From positions 682,001 through 746,000 of the forward strand of contig JADEYG010000003.1 in NCBI GenBank assembly GCA_016906335.1: a stretch of DNA of 64,000 bases. Direction: 5' to 3'. A program made the position numbers and the translations under genes. This document shows, piece by piece, positions 24,214 through 37,346 of the stretch. The stretch comes from Novakomyces olei. Lineage: Eukaryota. Each line of letters starts with the position of its first letter. Position 1 is the stretch's first letter. The notes under the pieces are model-generated. The model made no database searches, was not told where the DNA came from, and saw only the letters and a list, made by a program, of their open reading frames with translations.

Positions 24214-25208
24214 TGAGATTGGTTTGGAGAGTAGCGTACAATAACTTTTGCAATGTAAATGCAAAGGGCTGTTTCATTTCGAGTCTTTATTGTTTCAGCT
24301 TTTTCATTTTGGTAGAGCTATTATTCTGTAGACGGTGTTTTGCATTTGGCATTACTACTGCCGCTATGAACGTGATTCAAAAGCACAACACTAAACGCAG
24401 CAAATAGTAATATAGTAGCGTTTGGCAAACATTAGACAAAGTGGAAAATGCTTATAGAGGTTTTGCCGATGAAATCGGCGGCTGTGCCATTACTATCTGT
24501 CCGTCTGGTCATGAGCTTCGATCAGAGGGTTTCAAATATTGGCAGCTCAGCTGCGTCTCCCAGAACCAGCTCAAAAATTAGGCAGTTGCACGTGAAGAGC
24601 AGCGAGCGCTCGATCTCAGCTTTCTCCATCCATTTTTTTATTTATTATAAATGCTTTCATACTCTTGGTCCCGCGTGGTAGTGCCAAATGTTCTCTGGCG
24701 CACAGTGGGCCAAGGCTGGTGAGAAGAAGCTTTGGTTTCGGCCACGGTGGGTCCGACCCATATAGCATACTGGCTTGCTTACGGATAGCGCCAAGTATAG
24801 CTCCAAGCATTAATATGTGGATTTGCTCAGATATTATGCAACTATTAATTATATTCGTACAGGACACTGTCAATCGTAGGCCATTCTGGAGACGGTAAAT
24901 TTACGAAATAGATCCCGTCTTCTTTATTGTACGTGCAGAATGGCCGTATGAAAATGCAAAAGAATCAGGAAAATGGCTGAATAAATAGGACTCGAGTATC
25001 CGTCTTTGCCGCTATTCAGTGCTCCAAGCAGTGTCCAATACTGCCTTTGAAATTGAACAGAAAATGGTTAATCTCAACATTAATAAATAATAAAACTGCA
25101 ATAATATATTATATACACATATATATACATAAAATGCATTATAACAGAGTACTTATCGTCGTAAACACGTATAAATAAAATATTTAATTAGTGCAGGTAC
25201 ACGTGCGT

Positions 25209-25235
25209 ACGCGTCTTTGCTAATGGTTAACGCGA
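25209..25235. promoter_or_regulatory. MCB boxes at the RPA2 start
   Basis: ACGCGT at 25209 and ACGCGA at 25230. Confidence 0.55.
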
Positions 25236-26169
25236 TGGGTACACTAAACCACGTTTGAAGCTTTTTACTAACGCGCAACGTAGAATCCTTTGACTACAAT
25301 CAGTCTGCTTACGGCTCTCGTGGGGGCGAATACGATGGAGGCTTTATGAACGGAACTCAGGGCGGCTCGCAAGGCTCGCAAGACAAAAAGGTAAATAAAT
25401 AATCAAGCATCGCTGGACGCAATATCGGCATTGCCAGACTAACTCGTGACAGAAGTATGGAAAGCAGTCTACTCGGCCCGTTACTATCCGGCAGATCCAC
25501 TCTGCGACACACGCGAATGCGGATGACGAGTTCCGTATCGACGGATCGTCATTTGGACATTTGACTTTTGTCGGAGTCGTTCGAAACATCCAACAAATGT
25601 CGACAAAGGCTTCAATCTCGATCGAAGACGGGACAGGCGCCATTGAAGTTACGCAGTGGAACGATACAGAGTCTGACGACACTTTGGCGCAACAAGGAAT
25701 TGCCAACGACGTTTACGTTCGCGTTGTGGGTACGCTCAAGTCGATGCATAACAAGCGCGTCATGTACAGCCTGAATATCCGTAAAATTGAGGATAAAAAT
25801 GAGATTTTTTACCACGCTCTGGAGGCAGAGGCAGTACACTTGTTCTTCACTCGCGGACAAAGCGACGGAGCCGCGGGGACTGGAGCTGCTGTGGGGCAGA
25901 ATGGCGATGTTGATATGGCTAATGGCGGTGGAGATGCTACCGACCAGATACTCTTACAGGCGGGTCTACAGGGCCAGGAATTTGCGGCTATCAAGGTGCT
26001 CCACCAGGACAATATTCCACATGAAGGACTGCACTTTCGGCAAATCGCACAGCTTATCAAGGAGCCAAATACTTCACGTGTGTACGATCTCATGCAAAAC
26101 TTGTGCGAGAAGGGTCATGCGTACACGAGCGTTGATGAAGAGCATTTCTGTACTTCATTAAAATCATAA
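25235..26169 (+). CDS. RFA2: Replication protein A 32-kDa subunit; introns 25239-25283 and 25391-25452 (alternative in-frame ATG at 25223)
   Basis: GGFMNG N-terminus, STRPVTIRQI, OB fold (FVGVVRNI, IEDGTGAIEV, YVRVVGTLK), C-terminal winged helix (GHAYTSVDEEHF). Confidence 0.92.
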
Positions 26170-26475
26170 ATAGTCTGCAGGAGAAGTCTAATCAAAGGTT
26201 TGGTTGAAAGTTTAGTGTACACGCTTCTCTACAAAGGCTCTCTGGTAACCGGTAAAAGTCATAAAATAAACAAACTGTGCGTACACCTACGCACCCATTC
26301 ACGCTCTTCATTCATCCCGGTTCCTGCCGGTGGATAGTGTGCTCTCGCGTTTTGGAGTTTAATTGGATTTGTATATAGTATCGTTATAATCGATTGACAA
26401 GCATTTAGTTGATAACCAGAACCAAATTCTCCCGATATCATTCCATACCCGCTCAAAGTAGAGATTTTAATTGCT

Positions 26476-28941
26476 TCAAAAAAGCCCAAACTTTTTATGC
26501 TTCTTCTTCTTCTCCGGGGAGCTTTGTACCGCTGAACCATTAGACTCGCCCGGCCTGTTCTCTTGCTTTTTCTCATTTTTACTCTCCTGCTTTAATTTTT
26601 TCTTGTTCTTTTTTAAGTCCGCCGGCGTAGGCAAAGGCTCTGGTACTGGTGCCGGCTTCGGTGTTAGTGCCGGGATTTTACGTGCTGGTGCGTCGCTTGG
26701 CATTTGCAGCATACTCCGTGGCTCACGCAGCATTTGTAACGAGTAAACGTAATCTTCCGGATTCATCATATGCGTTGATCCTAAAAATATTTCTCGGTTT
26801 AATGTGTCACTTAATTGATAGCACACTCGTGACTCGCTATACGTCGCACCGCCCGCAATAAATACGATTACTCTTTGCCGATTATCGTTAATATTAGAGC
26901 GGGATCTAGCCCAAGTTGGCCGGGCACTGCAAGAATTAGAGCATGTAATTAAATAATTAAATAAATAAACAAACAAATAAATAAATAAAGAAATAAAGAT
27001 TTAATTAACGGCTGGATTACCTTCTCAAGGACTGATGTTGCGTAACTGTGACTTCTGTCTCTGGCAACTGCCGGGTATAATGCCATTGTGAAGCATCCAA
27101 CTTCCCAGCAACTTGGTCCTCAATTACAGTCTTAATAACCGGATTCCATCGACTTAAATCATACACATCGTCATCTGGCGCACGTGAATGTCGCTGACGG
27201 CTATGCTTTTGCTTTTTCCCCTCAGTTATCACAGGTTTGATTGTTCTGACACCAAGAACGTCCAAATTTTTTAAGGCTTCTGCATCACGCGGGGTGAGTT
27301 TTGAGTGCTTGACCAAACGCTTTAAATCTGTCTCGTATATGCCATCTCGGAAGATCAAGTATAGAAGCAGCAGCCGTACCTTATCAAAATTATCCACACC
27401 CGTCTCATCAAGTATAGGCACCATATCCTCCAAGACAGTCTTGGGAAACTTTCCATCGGCCGTGAACCCATTCGCCAGATCCTGTTCAATCAAGCCAAGT
27501 ACGGGTAGTTGCTTTTTCTCAAAGATACCCATGCATTTCTGGGCCATTCCCAAGTGCAGGGAGAAACTGTCCCGCAATTCTTGAAATTCAGATAGCCCGG
27601 CCAGCATACTGCGCATATCGCCCAGAGTAGTTGCCTGTTCTTGTCCTGTTAATTTTGTGTTTGCTGCACAAAAAGTATTAAACTCGGTCATAAGCTTATC
27701 GATTGCCTCTCTCATATGTAAATGCCGTACATCTCTCCATATTTGATCCCGATCGCTTATTTTAGCCTCTCGTGTTTCAGGCCCGTCTTTGGTCTCAAAC
27801 ACATGCTCGTACCTGTCGTCCTGAATATCCAGCAAATCATAAGCCATTGCTTGGTACGAGAATTCATGCACTATTGGTGACACTGGATCCATTGTCCGAT
27901 CAGTGATCAAAAGCACAGCCGGCTGACGTGAACCACCCAATCCTCCTGAACCAGTCAAGAACTGAAATCCAGCCTGCTCAAGTGCATCAAGCCTTTGCTG
28001 TACTTTGAGCGCAATCATGGTAGGCAGTTCACTCGACGGTATTTGCATACTATCGGATTTGAAATACCGTACAGCCGGATTTTCCCGTAGCGTTACACAT
28101 ACAGAAACGATCTGGTTCATGTTAATACGTCTGTGTATAAAGTTTAGAGGTAGAGACTTGTGATGCTGCACAAGGCCATGTAAAGGAGCTTGAAGCATTA
28201 AGGAGCAAATGCTCGATAAACCCAAAATAATATTGTGCACGGCATAATTATAGGGACGCTTGTAACGAGTCAACTTACGCTCTCTACTATACGGGAAACC
28301 TCCTGCTGAACAAGGTCCCGGCAATCCGCATTATATAGCGACTGAAACGCGTAGAAATCCGAACAAGTAAACCGGTGTGACTCCTCGGGCCGATAATCAA
28401 TATACAGTTCCTTAAAAGATACAATATAGGGCTTTGCCGGTGATTCAACAAGGACAGACTGGAAAGCCGCCTTATTAGAGCCGATGACAAAGACATGTAT
28501 TTTGCCATAGAGGCGCTGGTTAGTGAAATCGTTCACGATACATTGAGCCGACGTTTTTATCGCTTTGACGATATAAATAGCCTCGAATTCTGTTTGTGCC
28601 GGCCTTATTTCTTCCAATTGCTCCACAGCTGAACAAAGCATTAGACAGCGGTAAACAGTCAAACATACCTGTGACATTTTCATCATAAAAATCTTGGATG
28701 TCGACGGATTCCTTTATCAGATTGCGAGCATCCTGGTCTAAAATCAGGTATTTCCACTTTTTGCGTACGAGTTAGAATCATTTGTAGTCTCTGGGAATTG
28801 CGTTCGTATACCTTATTCGCAGGCCGAACGCTCCGGACTTCGTCGAATATGCCTGCAGCTTGTTAGGCATACAAAGAGCGGTTAGAGATATGAAATAAAC
28901 CAACGTTTTCTTTGCAATCCCAGCAATGTCCGATCCTCCAT
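26476..28941 (-). CDS. SEC1: Sec1/Munc18 exocytic SM protein, multi-exon
   Basis: KWKYLILD, LLITDRTMDPVSPIVHEFSYQAMAYDLL, WRDVRHLHM, EQDLANG, YDLSRW, VIVFIAGGATYSESR. Confidence 0.93.
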
Positions 28942-29779
28942 TGCTAATGCTCCACCGATAAGGCGCCTCCTAATCTTGGGTCTTACGCCCGGCCTCGAGA
29001 ATATGCATTTATGGTTTGTAATGTATGACGAGCGTCTGTATATTAATAGCGTAAAAAACTAAATACGACTGTTACGGGAAACGAGACTGGTATAAGTATG
29101 AGTAATAGGGAATAGTATAATATTAGCAAAAGACGATTGGTCTTGACGACGAAAAGGTCCCGACTCAATTGCCAGCAATACTATTCCTTTTTTTTGCATT
29201 CCTATAGATAACGCTCTAAACACCAACAGCAACCCAATCTCATCGACAAAGTCAAGACCCCAACGGTATTAGATTCCGGTGTAAGGCCACGACAATTATG
29301 AACAAGAAACCATGACACAAGAGTAAGGAGAACAATGGTATATTGCATTTATAAATAAAAGAATGCATACAATAAGTCAGTAAATTAGCTTGAATGTCAC
29401 CTAAATTTGAATCTGGGTGCCCGCTGTCCTTACATAGTTTTCTATCTACGTCACATACTAAAACTCTCAATCCTCAGCCTTATTTCAATTATTTCCAACA
29501 CTAGTCAAAGCTGGATTCCACGCAACAATTTCATTTCACCTGACTAACCCTAACCCTACGTGTAATTTTTAATTAAATCTACTTGTTTTAATATATGCGA
29601 ATGCTAGCCAGGCGTTTTATTTTTGGCCAGAATAATGTCGACAGGGTTTTCTACGATTTAACATGTAATTGTTAGAGTGAATTTACGCAGTCCAGCCAAC
29701 ATTGCGGCGAAAAAGGTCTAGAAATAATAGCTAGGTCACGTGGGATAAATGTCACATGCAAATCTATTTTTTGAACGAT

Positions 29780-30723
29780 ATGGAAGATCAGGATCATAGA
29801 ACATTGAGGCTATTGCTTATTATGAGGCCTTCTTGGATAGCAGTGAAAAGGAGCTCAAGTCCCAATTTGGAGAACAATGAGACAAATCACTGTTACCACC
29901 AGACTATCAATCGCACGGCTTTGAGGAAGGTACTAGTGCATTTATTGACGCACACTAACACCCAAAGGTTTCACAATAGCAGAGCCAGAAATCAGGGATC
30001 ACGAACGCACACTGCCGCGTAAGCATCTGCCCTTAATTCTTCAGACTATTACTAACTTCTCAGGAGGCTTAAGTCTCAAGGTCACCATCCCGATACTTGT
30101 TACCTCTTTCGTTTTGCTTTTGTCGGACGTAGTTCTGGGAGCAATATACCAGGAAAACGTAGCGTTGATATCCGTTCGGTGCTGTATAGCGATATATTTC
30201 TCGGCAATTTTATGTGTTGTGCTTCGTGAGCGAATACCCAATCGAGGATCCTCCAAGCGGTTGGGGCTTCTATGTTTGGAGGGCTGTCGGTGGGGGCGAT
30301 CGCGTCGTACATGGGACGCAGCCAGTATTTGGATTTGGGGGGATCATTATCGTGCGATTCAATTTATTTAAATATTTAATATCTTTCGGCGACAGGAAAG
30401 CATACGATGGCTTCGTCGTTTAACAACCTTCTTATTGCTATTGCGTGCAATGGGCTTCTTGACAGTCTAAATGAGTTTTTCATCGGGGTTTTCATGGGAT
30501 AAAGTACGTTTTTCATCGGTTTAAGTACGTTTTTCATCGGTTATTTCGTTTTCTAATCGGTTTAGGTGGGCTCATATCCAAATACATTCTACTTTTCAAG
30601 GCCTATTGTGCGGAGAGACTTGCACGAGAAGCAGAAATTGATGCGCGTATTAGCCAGGGTCTATGGGGAAGCAATGCTATTGAGACTATAGGCTCTCCTT
30701 CGGGCGCGGGAGAGTCTCAATAG
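29780..30723 (+). pseudogene. Possible decayed spliced gene for a multi-TM membrane protein
   Basis: Intron-like segments 29930-29967 and 30019-30063 join exons in frame into hydrophobic stretches. In-frame TGA at 29878 and apparent frameshifts near 29797 and 30247. Confidence 0.4.
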
Positions 30724-31288
30724 TTGCCAGAAATGGGATCAGGATTTTCGGTTGGAAGCAACAGTCATTATTCATCGGAAATACCAAGTCCACGTCGCTC
30801 TCCAAGAATTGCCGCTCAATCAAGTTGAGGAATTTTTTAGTATAGTATATATAAGTTTTGGATTTTTTTTTTGCAGAAAATATTCAATCTATACTCTTTA
30901 GCCATTTCCCAATTTAATGTAAAGTCTCGGGTTCAGCTCGCGATGCTATCACTATCATAGTATACAGCGATGGGTTGGAGCAATAATGCGGGTATCGTGG
31001 ATATTTCATTTTTGAACTTTATCTGTCTCGACAAGGAATAATGTGTATAATGAAAAGTTGTACATGGTGTCAAACCTCTTGGAATCGATGTGAATGATAG
31101 CACTAAAATGACAAGCGGCATTGATAGGCTTGACACAAAACCTCTACAGCCGACAAAATCGTCGGATTTTCAATCGAATAGACGCTCTTCGTGTTAAGCT
31201 AAATCAGTAAAATCTCTCAAATTCATTGCAAAACTTTCTCAACGTATTCAAGTCATTCAAAATTCTTGCCATTTTTAATTTTATTCGT

Positions 31289-32779
31289 TTAAAGCTTCTC
31301 CTGCGCCAATTTTGAGCCGTCCAATACATGCAAAACAATCACACTCACATCATCTTCTTTCCCTCCATGGAAAAGCATCTTGTGCTTGAGCGCGTAGCGA
31401 GCAAAAGGCCCGTCCTTGTCGCTACGCCCTGCTTTTGAAGCCGCATCACAGATCTGAGCCGCTACAACTGCAGCAGCGCTATCACTACTGCTGCTTCCGT
31501 TTCCAGCCTGCTCGACAATCTCCAAACAGCGTTTCTCATCAATATTATCCCATACTCCGTCTGAGGCTACCACGATCCAATCTCCAGGCTGAACATCAAA
31601 CGTGTATTCATCGGCATCCGAAGGCTTATTCGTAGAACCCATTCTTTTTAGAATAGAGTACGGAACTCCCACTTGCAGAGGGGCATTGAATGCAAATGTT
31701 TGGAACTTTGTGCGCCCCACGCTGTGTCCGTTACGGAAAATCACTGCTCCGGAATCGCCAAGACTGTAATTAGAATATTGTTAAACCAGGAGATGATGCT
31801 GCAAAGGCAGCCCGTAACGATACTATGTGTAACGTAAAACACGAAAATTGAAACAATTAATTTTGAACAGTAAAGCAAAAACATAATAAATAAAGATGGG
31901 GAGCATTTAATGCATTGAATCTTTTAAAGAACGTAACGAAACGCCAAAAGAGACAAATCATATCCTTACTTTGCAATACGTAGCTTTGCATCCGCCAAGG
32001 ATAAATCCACCACACAGGCAGTAGTACTGCCAAAGATAAAGTCGCGTTGAGCTATTCCATCGACGTTGGCCACTGCCTTCTCAATGAGTGCTTGAGGAGT
32101 GTTTGCAGAGTCTTCTGCGAGACGTTCCGCTTCGAGAGCAATTAACCAAGAAGCTCTTGAAGGGTCGACATTGTAATCACGCCAGCCGCCTATTGAAAAT
32201 TAATGTCCATAATACAGATAAAAAAACAAATTAAGTAAAGAAATAAAAATAAAGATAAGAATAAAGATAAAAATAAAGATAAAAAAGAATATTAATTAAT
32301 TATGACAATAGGGCCAAAAAAAGCCGATTCAAGATTTATTACCCACGCCATCGAAAATTCCTCCAACAAGCCCAGACCCGTCTCCCCGCGAAGTAACAAA
32401 GAAAGCATCCTGTTGTGTAAGAATCGAATACTCTCTAGAGCCAAAATACCTCTCCAGAATCAGGCCTTTGTGCTCCGGCAGGGTGTGGTAGAAACTTTGC
32501 CTGCGCAATCATTTCCTCAACGTCATTCCCCGGTCTGTCCGACTTGACTTCCCTCTTCTCCGGCAATTCTGACTTTGCACTGCAGGCGGTCGCCCAATCA
32601 ACAGCCAGCTCTTTATGACTGCTTGCTCCATCTTTGCTTCTCCGGGGCCAAAACTCGCCTTGTGAATGAGCCTTGTCCCAGCAAGTCGCGTTGCCTCGGC
32701 GACCAACAACTTGTGAAAGTAGTATTCTGTTCGTAATAAAACGACCGCACGTTAACCTTAGCGATTGCCGCGGTAACAT
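31289..32779 (-). CDS. PTC7: PP2C-family phosphatase Ptc7/Azr1 with mitochondrial-type presequence, multi-exon
   Basis: RPDSGE|DAFF, IFDGV|GGW, GSTTAC, LGDSG, QTFAFNAPLQ, VASDGVWDN, GGKEDDVSVI. Confidence 0.9.
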
Positions 32780-32889
32780 TCCGGTTTTGTGTTTGAGCTC
32801 CGTTGCGACAACACAAATGCCTATCAATTATCGCGTACGGTAAAAAGGTTAGTATAGTATAATGCAGGATGAAATATGTACAACTAGTA

Positions 32890-32923
32890 ATATATAGATG
32901 TATAGATATATAAATATATATAG

Positions 32924-32962
<39 letters not shown>
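32890..32962. repeat. Degenerate (TA)n tract upstream of PTC7
   Basis: Direct reading of the sequence. Confidence 0.85.
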
Positions 32963-33213
32963 TTTTGATCATAAAAACTACAAGAGTAAAAACGAAAAAG
33001 TCCAAGTTTACCACGACAGTTTCCTACTGACTATGCACGCTGCTTATCCGCATAGGCTTTTACATTACAATACGCATTAGCCTCCAATCAGCTCACTCTA
33101 CATCCACTACGGTCATACTTATAAAGCCATATTATGCACGATTTTTTATTCCTTTTTTTTCTTTAATTTAATTAAAAATAATTTCACCAATCGATTCATA
33201 GACCAGATCCCTT

Positions 33214-35520
33214 CTAATAGACGCGCTTGAACGGCGGTACCGTCTGCACCTCATTGGAGTTGAGTGTGTGGCTGATTACAGGGCGGTAATCGATACGCAC
33301 CTCCTTCGTCTTGGGATCTTGCCACGAAAGCGAATGCTTCATCCAGTGTGCATCATCACGCTCAGGGTAATCCTCACGGGCGTGAGCACCACGGGATTCT
33401 GTGCGCTTGTAAGCAGAGTGGGCAGTCTGTACAGCACAGGTCAATAGATTCTGAAGCTCGAGTGTCTCCACCAAATCAGTGTTCCAAATCATACTGCGGT
33501 CCTTTGTACCAACGTCCTTGATAGAAGCATCAACACGGTCAATGTTCTCCACACCTTCACGCAGAGACTCTTCCATACGGAAGACGGCCACGTCCCTTTG
33601 CATCGTCTTTTGCATGTCCAGGCGGATAGAAGCAGTGCTCTTGGGTCCAGTAGCTGTACGCATACGATCCAAGTTGTCGATAGAGTGAAGACCAGCATCC
33701 TCCCTGATGGGTGCATGAGGTTTGCCCTTTGTCTCCTTCTCTGCAATAGTATGAGAGCACGCACGGCCAAATACGACAATATCAAGGAGCGAATTTGCAC
33801 CCAACCGATTGGCTCCGTGAACAGAGACACAGGCCGTCTCACCAGCAGCGTACAATCCCTCTACTACCTCATCGTGGCCGTTCACATGGTTCAGTACTTC
33901 TCCCTTGTAATTTGTGGGAATTCCACCCATGTTGTAATGCACAGTCGGCAGTACGGGGATCGGTTCCTTTGTCACATCAACGTTGGCAAAGATATGAGCG
34001 GTCTCAGAAATACCGGGCAGTCGCTCGTGCAGAACTGAGGCAGGCAAGTGAGACAGTTGTAAATACATGTGATCCTTCTCCGGGCCAACTCCACGACCAG
34101 CCCTAATTTCGCGGGTAATTGAGCGGGAGACAACGTCACGGGAAGCCAGATCCTTGGCAGTTGGAGCGTACCGTTCCATGAAACGCTCGCCTTCGCTGTT
34201 GATAAGGTATCCGCCTTCACCACGCGAGCCCTCAGTGATAAGGCACCCGGACCCATAGATACCAGTCGGATGGAACTGAACAAACTCCAAGTCTTGCAGA
34301 GGCAGTCCGGCACGTGCAACCATGGCCATCCCGTCTCCCGTGCAAGTGTGAGCAGAGGTACAGGAGAAATAGGCTCGGCCATAGCCGCCCGTAGCGAGAA
34401 CAGTGCTGTGTGAACGGAACCGGTGAAGGGTTCCGTCTTCGAGGTTAAGGGCAATAACACCCACGCATTTGCCGTCCTCCATAATCAGATCAAGAGCAAA
34501 ATACTCGACAAAGAAATTGGTATTGTGGCGAGTTGCCTGGCCATAAAGCGTGTGCAGGATCGAGTGGCCCGTACGATCAGCCACAGCAGCACAACGGTAA
34601 GCCTGGCCGCCTTTGCCAAACTTGAGACTCTGCCCACCAAAGGCACGCTGGTAGATTTTACCTTGCTCTGTGCGGGAAAAGGGTACACCATAATGCTCCA
34701 GCTCAACGACAGTGCGAATAGCTTCACGTGTCATGTAGTGAATAGCGTCCTGGTCGCCCAGCCAATCAGAGCCTTTTACAGTCTACAGAAAAGAGTTAGT
34801 AGGGTAAAAAGCTTAAATGCCGTTTGTGTTACATCATAAAAATGCCAGCGCCAATCGTCCTCTGTCATGTTTCCCAGGGCAGCGTTGATACCACCTTGAG
34901 CAGCGACAGTGTGGCTACGTGTCGGGAAAAGCTTTGTTATACACGCAGTGTTCAGGCCAGCTTCAGCCAGTCCAAAGGCAGCCCGCAGTCCGGATCCACC
35001 GGCGCCGACAACTACCGCGTCATACTCGTGCTCAACTAGAGGATAGTTTTTCCATGCTGAAGAGTCAACGGTTTTGGCACGAAGAGGCTGGCTGCTCTGT
35101 ACATAAGACCGCACCTGCGAGGCGGTGCGAGTGCATCTCTGCCAAAGTTAGATTGGTGAATTTAGAGAAAGTATAAAGAACAAACAATTTAAAAATTTAA
35201 AACTAAAAACTAAAATTAAAAATTAAAAATTGAAAAATAAAATAAAAAACAATTATATGAAATAATAGTAGTAGACGAAAGTCGTAGCCATCTGTAAGAC
35301 TATACATCCACGGCACAAGCGTATCAAAGACCAGTAAACATCTTCAAGCTTCAATTCGGCTTAAATCAGTGTTTGACGGCGTGCGGGCCCCACACCAAAA
35401 CCACTGATCCTGCCGGCACTTCCGGAGGGTTAATACCCGGCGCAGGCCAAAGCGGGGATTGGAGGAAAAAGGAGAATACACTGGCATTACCTTTGCAGCG
35501 GCCCGAGAAAGCGAATACAT
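33214..35520 (-). CDS. SDH1: Succinate dehydrogenase flavoprotein subunit; introns 35139-35490 and 34783-34832
   Basis: [69 protein letters not shown]. Confidence 0.97.
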
Positions 35521-36027
35521 TGGGTGCTGGACGAATCGGTGCTGGAGAATAATCCGCCTTTAAAGCCGCGCCCTTTTGTGTGAATGGGTTGCGGTGCGTA
35601 GTGTATATTCTGCTTTATATATGGAAAAGAGCATTCTGCCAATCAAAGTGTGCTCAATTAAGTTACGCCGGCGGTAGTTTGGTACGCGATTAAACTAATT
35701 TAAAATTGGTTTTGAGTATCGCCATAATGGATTAGTGGTTTATATACTAAAGTGCTACTGCGGTCAAGTTTACTTGGCCGCCAGGGAGGTCGCATGGTAT
35801 CAGTCAAACCTCACATACGTGCTTTATTAATTCTATTTATTCTGTTTAATATTATTAGCGTACTATCCTCTATCAATGACGGCATCGCCTTGCATCTTGG
35901 ATCACAATATAACAAATAAATAAATAAATAAAACAATAGAGATTGGGTGTTTATCGGCCATCAGTATAATATTAGCTTTATATTTATAATCTAGCCTGCA
36001 GCATTGAGTACGGTTGGATGGCTGTGA

Positions 36028-36996
36028 ATGGCGGCAGATCGGACGCGGCATGCACGATGGCGCAGCACACAACTTTCAGCCGCGGATACTGTTGCTCTCG
36101 TTTCACCGCCTTCTCATGACTCTTCTCCCAGCGGGAAAGACAAGGTTGAAATGTGTGACGATCCTGCCGTGTTCTACCATAACCTGTTGATTCTGGAAGA
36201 AAGCCTGCGGCAGTCCTATGACCGGAACATGCACACGAAACGTTTATATCAATGTAAGATTTGCCTGCTGATTTTTCGAGTTGACTTTTTGTGCTTGTTC
36301 TGGAGATGGATATTGAATTATTGAATTATTGAAAAATTGGTTTCAGTCAATTGCTTTTCTATTTCGAACCATGGAGACGCGCTTTGGTCGGTTTATATCG
36401 ATACTAATTACAGTTTTTTTTGGAGCTCTCATGATATGGGACTTATTTTTCTTCTACATCGTCTGGATCGACCCATCACTGGTATGCTTTCTCGATGCAT
36501 CGGCCACTGACGCAAACAGTATTACTACGTGCTGCTTATTAACCGCTTTTGTTTTTATTCTGGCCTTCTTACATTAATTCTCTTTTTCGCTACTGGCATG
36601 TATTTACGTACAATTCATCGAACTCGGCGGTTTGTTGCCCATACGAATAAGGCTCTGCGTGCCTTTTACCTTCGGCTGACGCCGAACCCTGTGAGAAAAT
36701 GGTGGCTACCGCTTTGGTGGCGTAAACGCGGTCTCGGCCAAGGTGGAGTTCGGCTGGTTATGTTGGCAAAGGGACTTGATGATGATTTCCGAGAAGGCTG
36801 GGAGAATTTCCGTGCAGAGTACTGGGAATCAGAGGAACTTCGGCAGGCGAGGAAGCAGCAACGAGCCGATGCCGGGCGCGGGGCCATTACAGAGGCCCAT
36901 GAGCTCTCGGCCACGGGTACCACTACTTCTTCAGCCACTCGAAAATCCGATAGATCAGGTAATACAGCGGCAAAACGGCCACGGAAACGCAGATAA
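36028..36996 (+). CDS. SPO7: Spo7-like regulatory subunit of the Nem1-Spo7 phosphatase; introns 36254-36413 and 36482-36519
   Basis: FYHNLLILEESLRQSY, two TM segments, LFFATGMYLRTI..RRFVAHTNKALR, FREGWENFRAEYW. Confidence 0.85.
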
Positions 36997-37346
36997 CGCG
37001 AAATAAGGGCCTTTGTACGAAAAGCCCGAAGCATGATACCAAAGTATTAAATAGCATGTTTTAATAATCAAGTAAATAATGAGATATATAGGACATGTAG
37101 GACATAAAATTGGCCTATTCGTGTACTTGATTAGTGATAAAAAAAGCAAATGGCCTTCTCTGCTCGGAATGACAGCCGCGTAGTACCGGCGTCTTTATAT
37201 TATATAGTACATTTTAGTCGGGAGCCATGTGTATCCAACCTCGCCGCTATCAAACTTGCTTTTATTTCAAAGTAATGAGACGAATAGGATATACCACTAA
37301 TAATAATTATATAGCACTAATATATATACCATTATACCATTAACAA

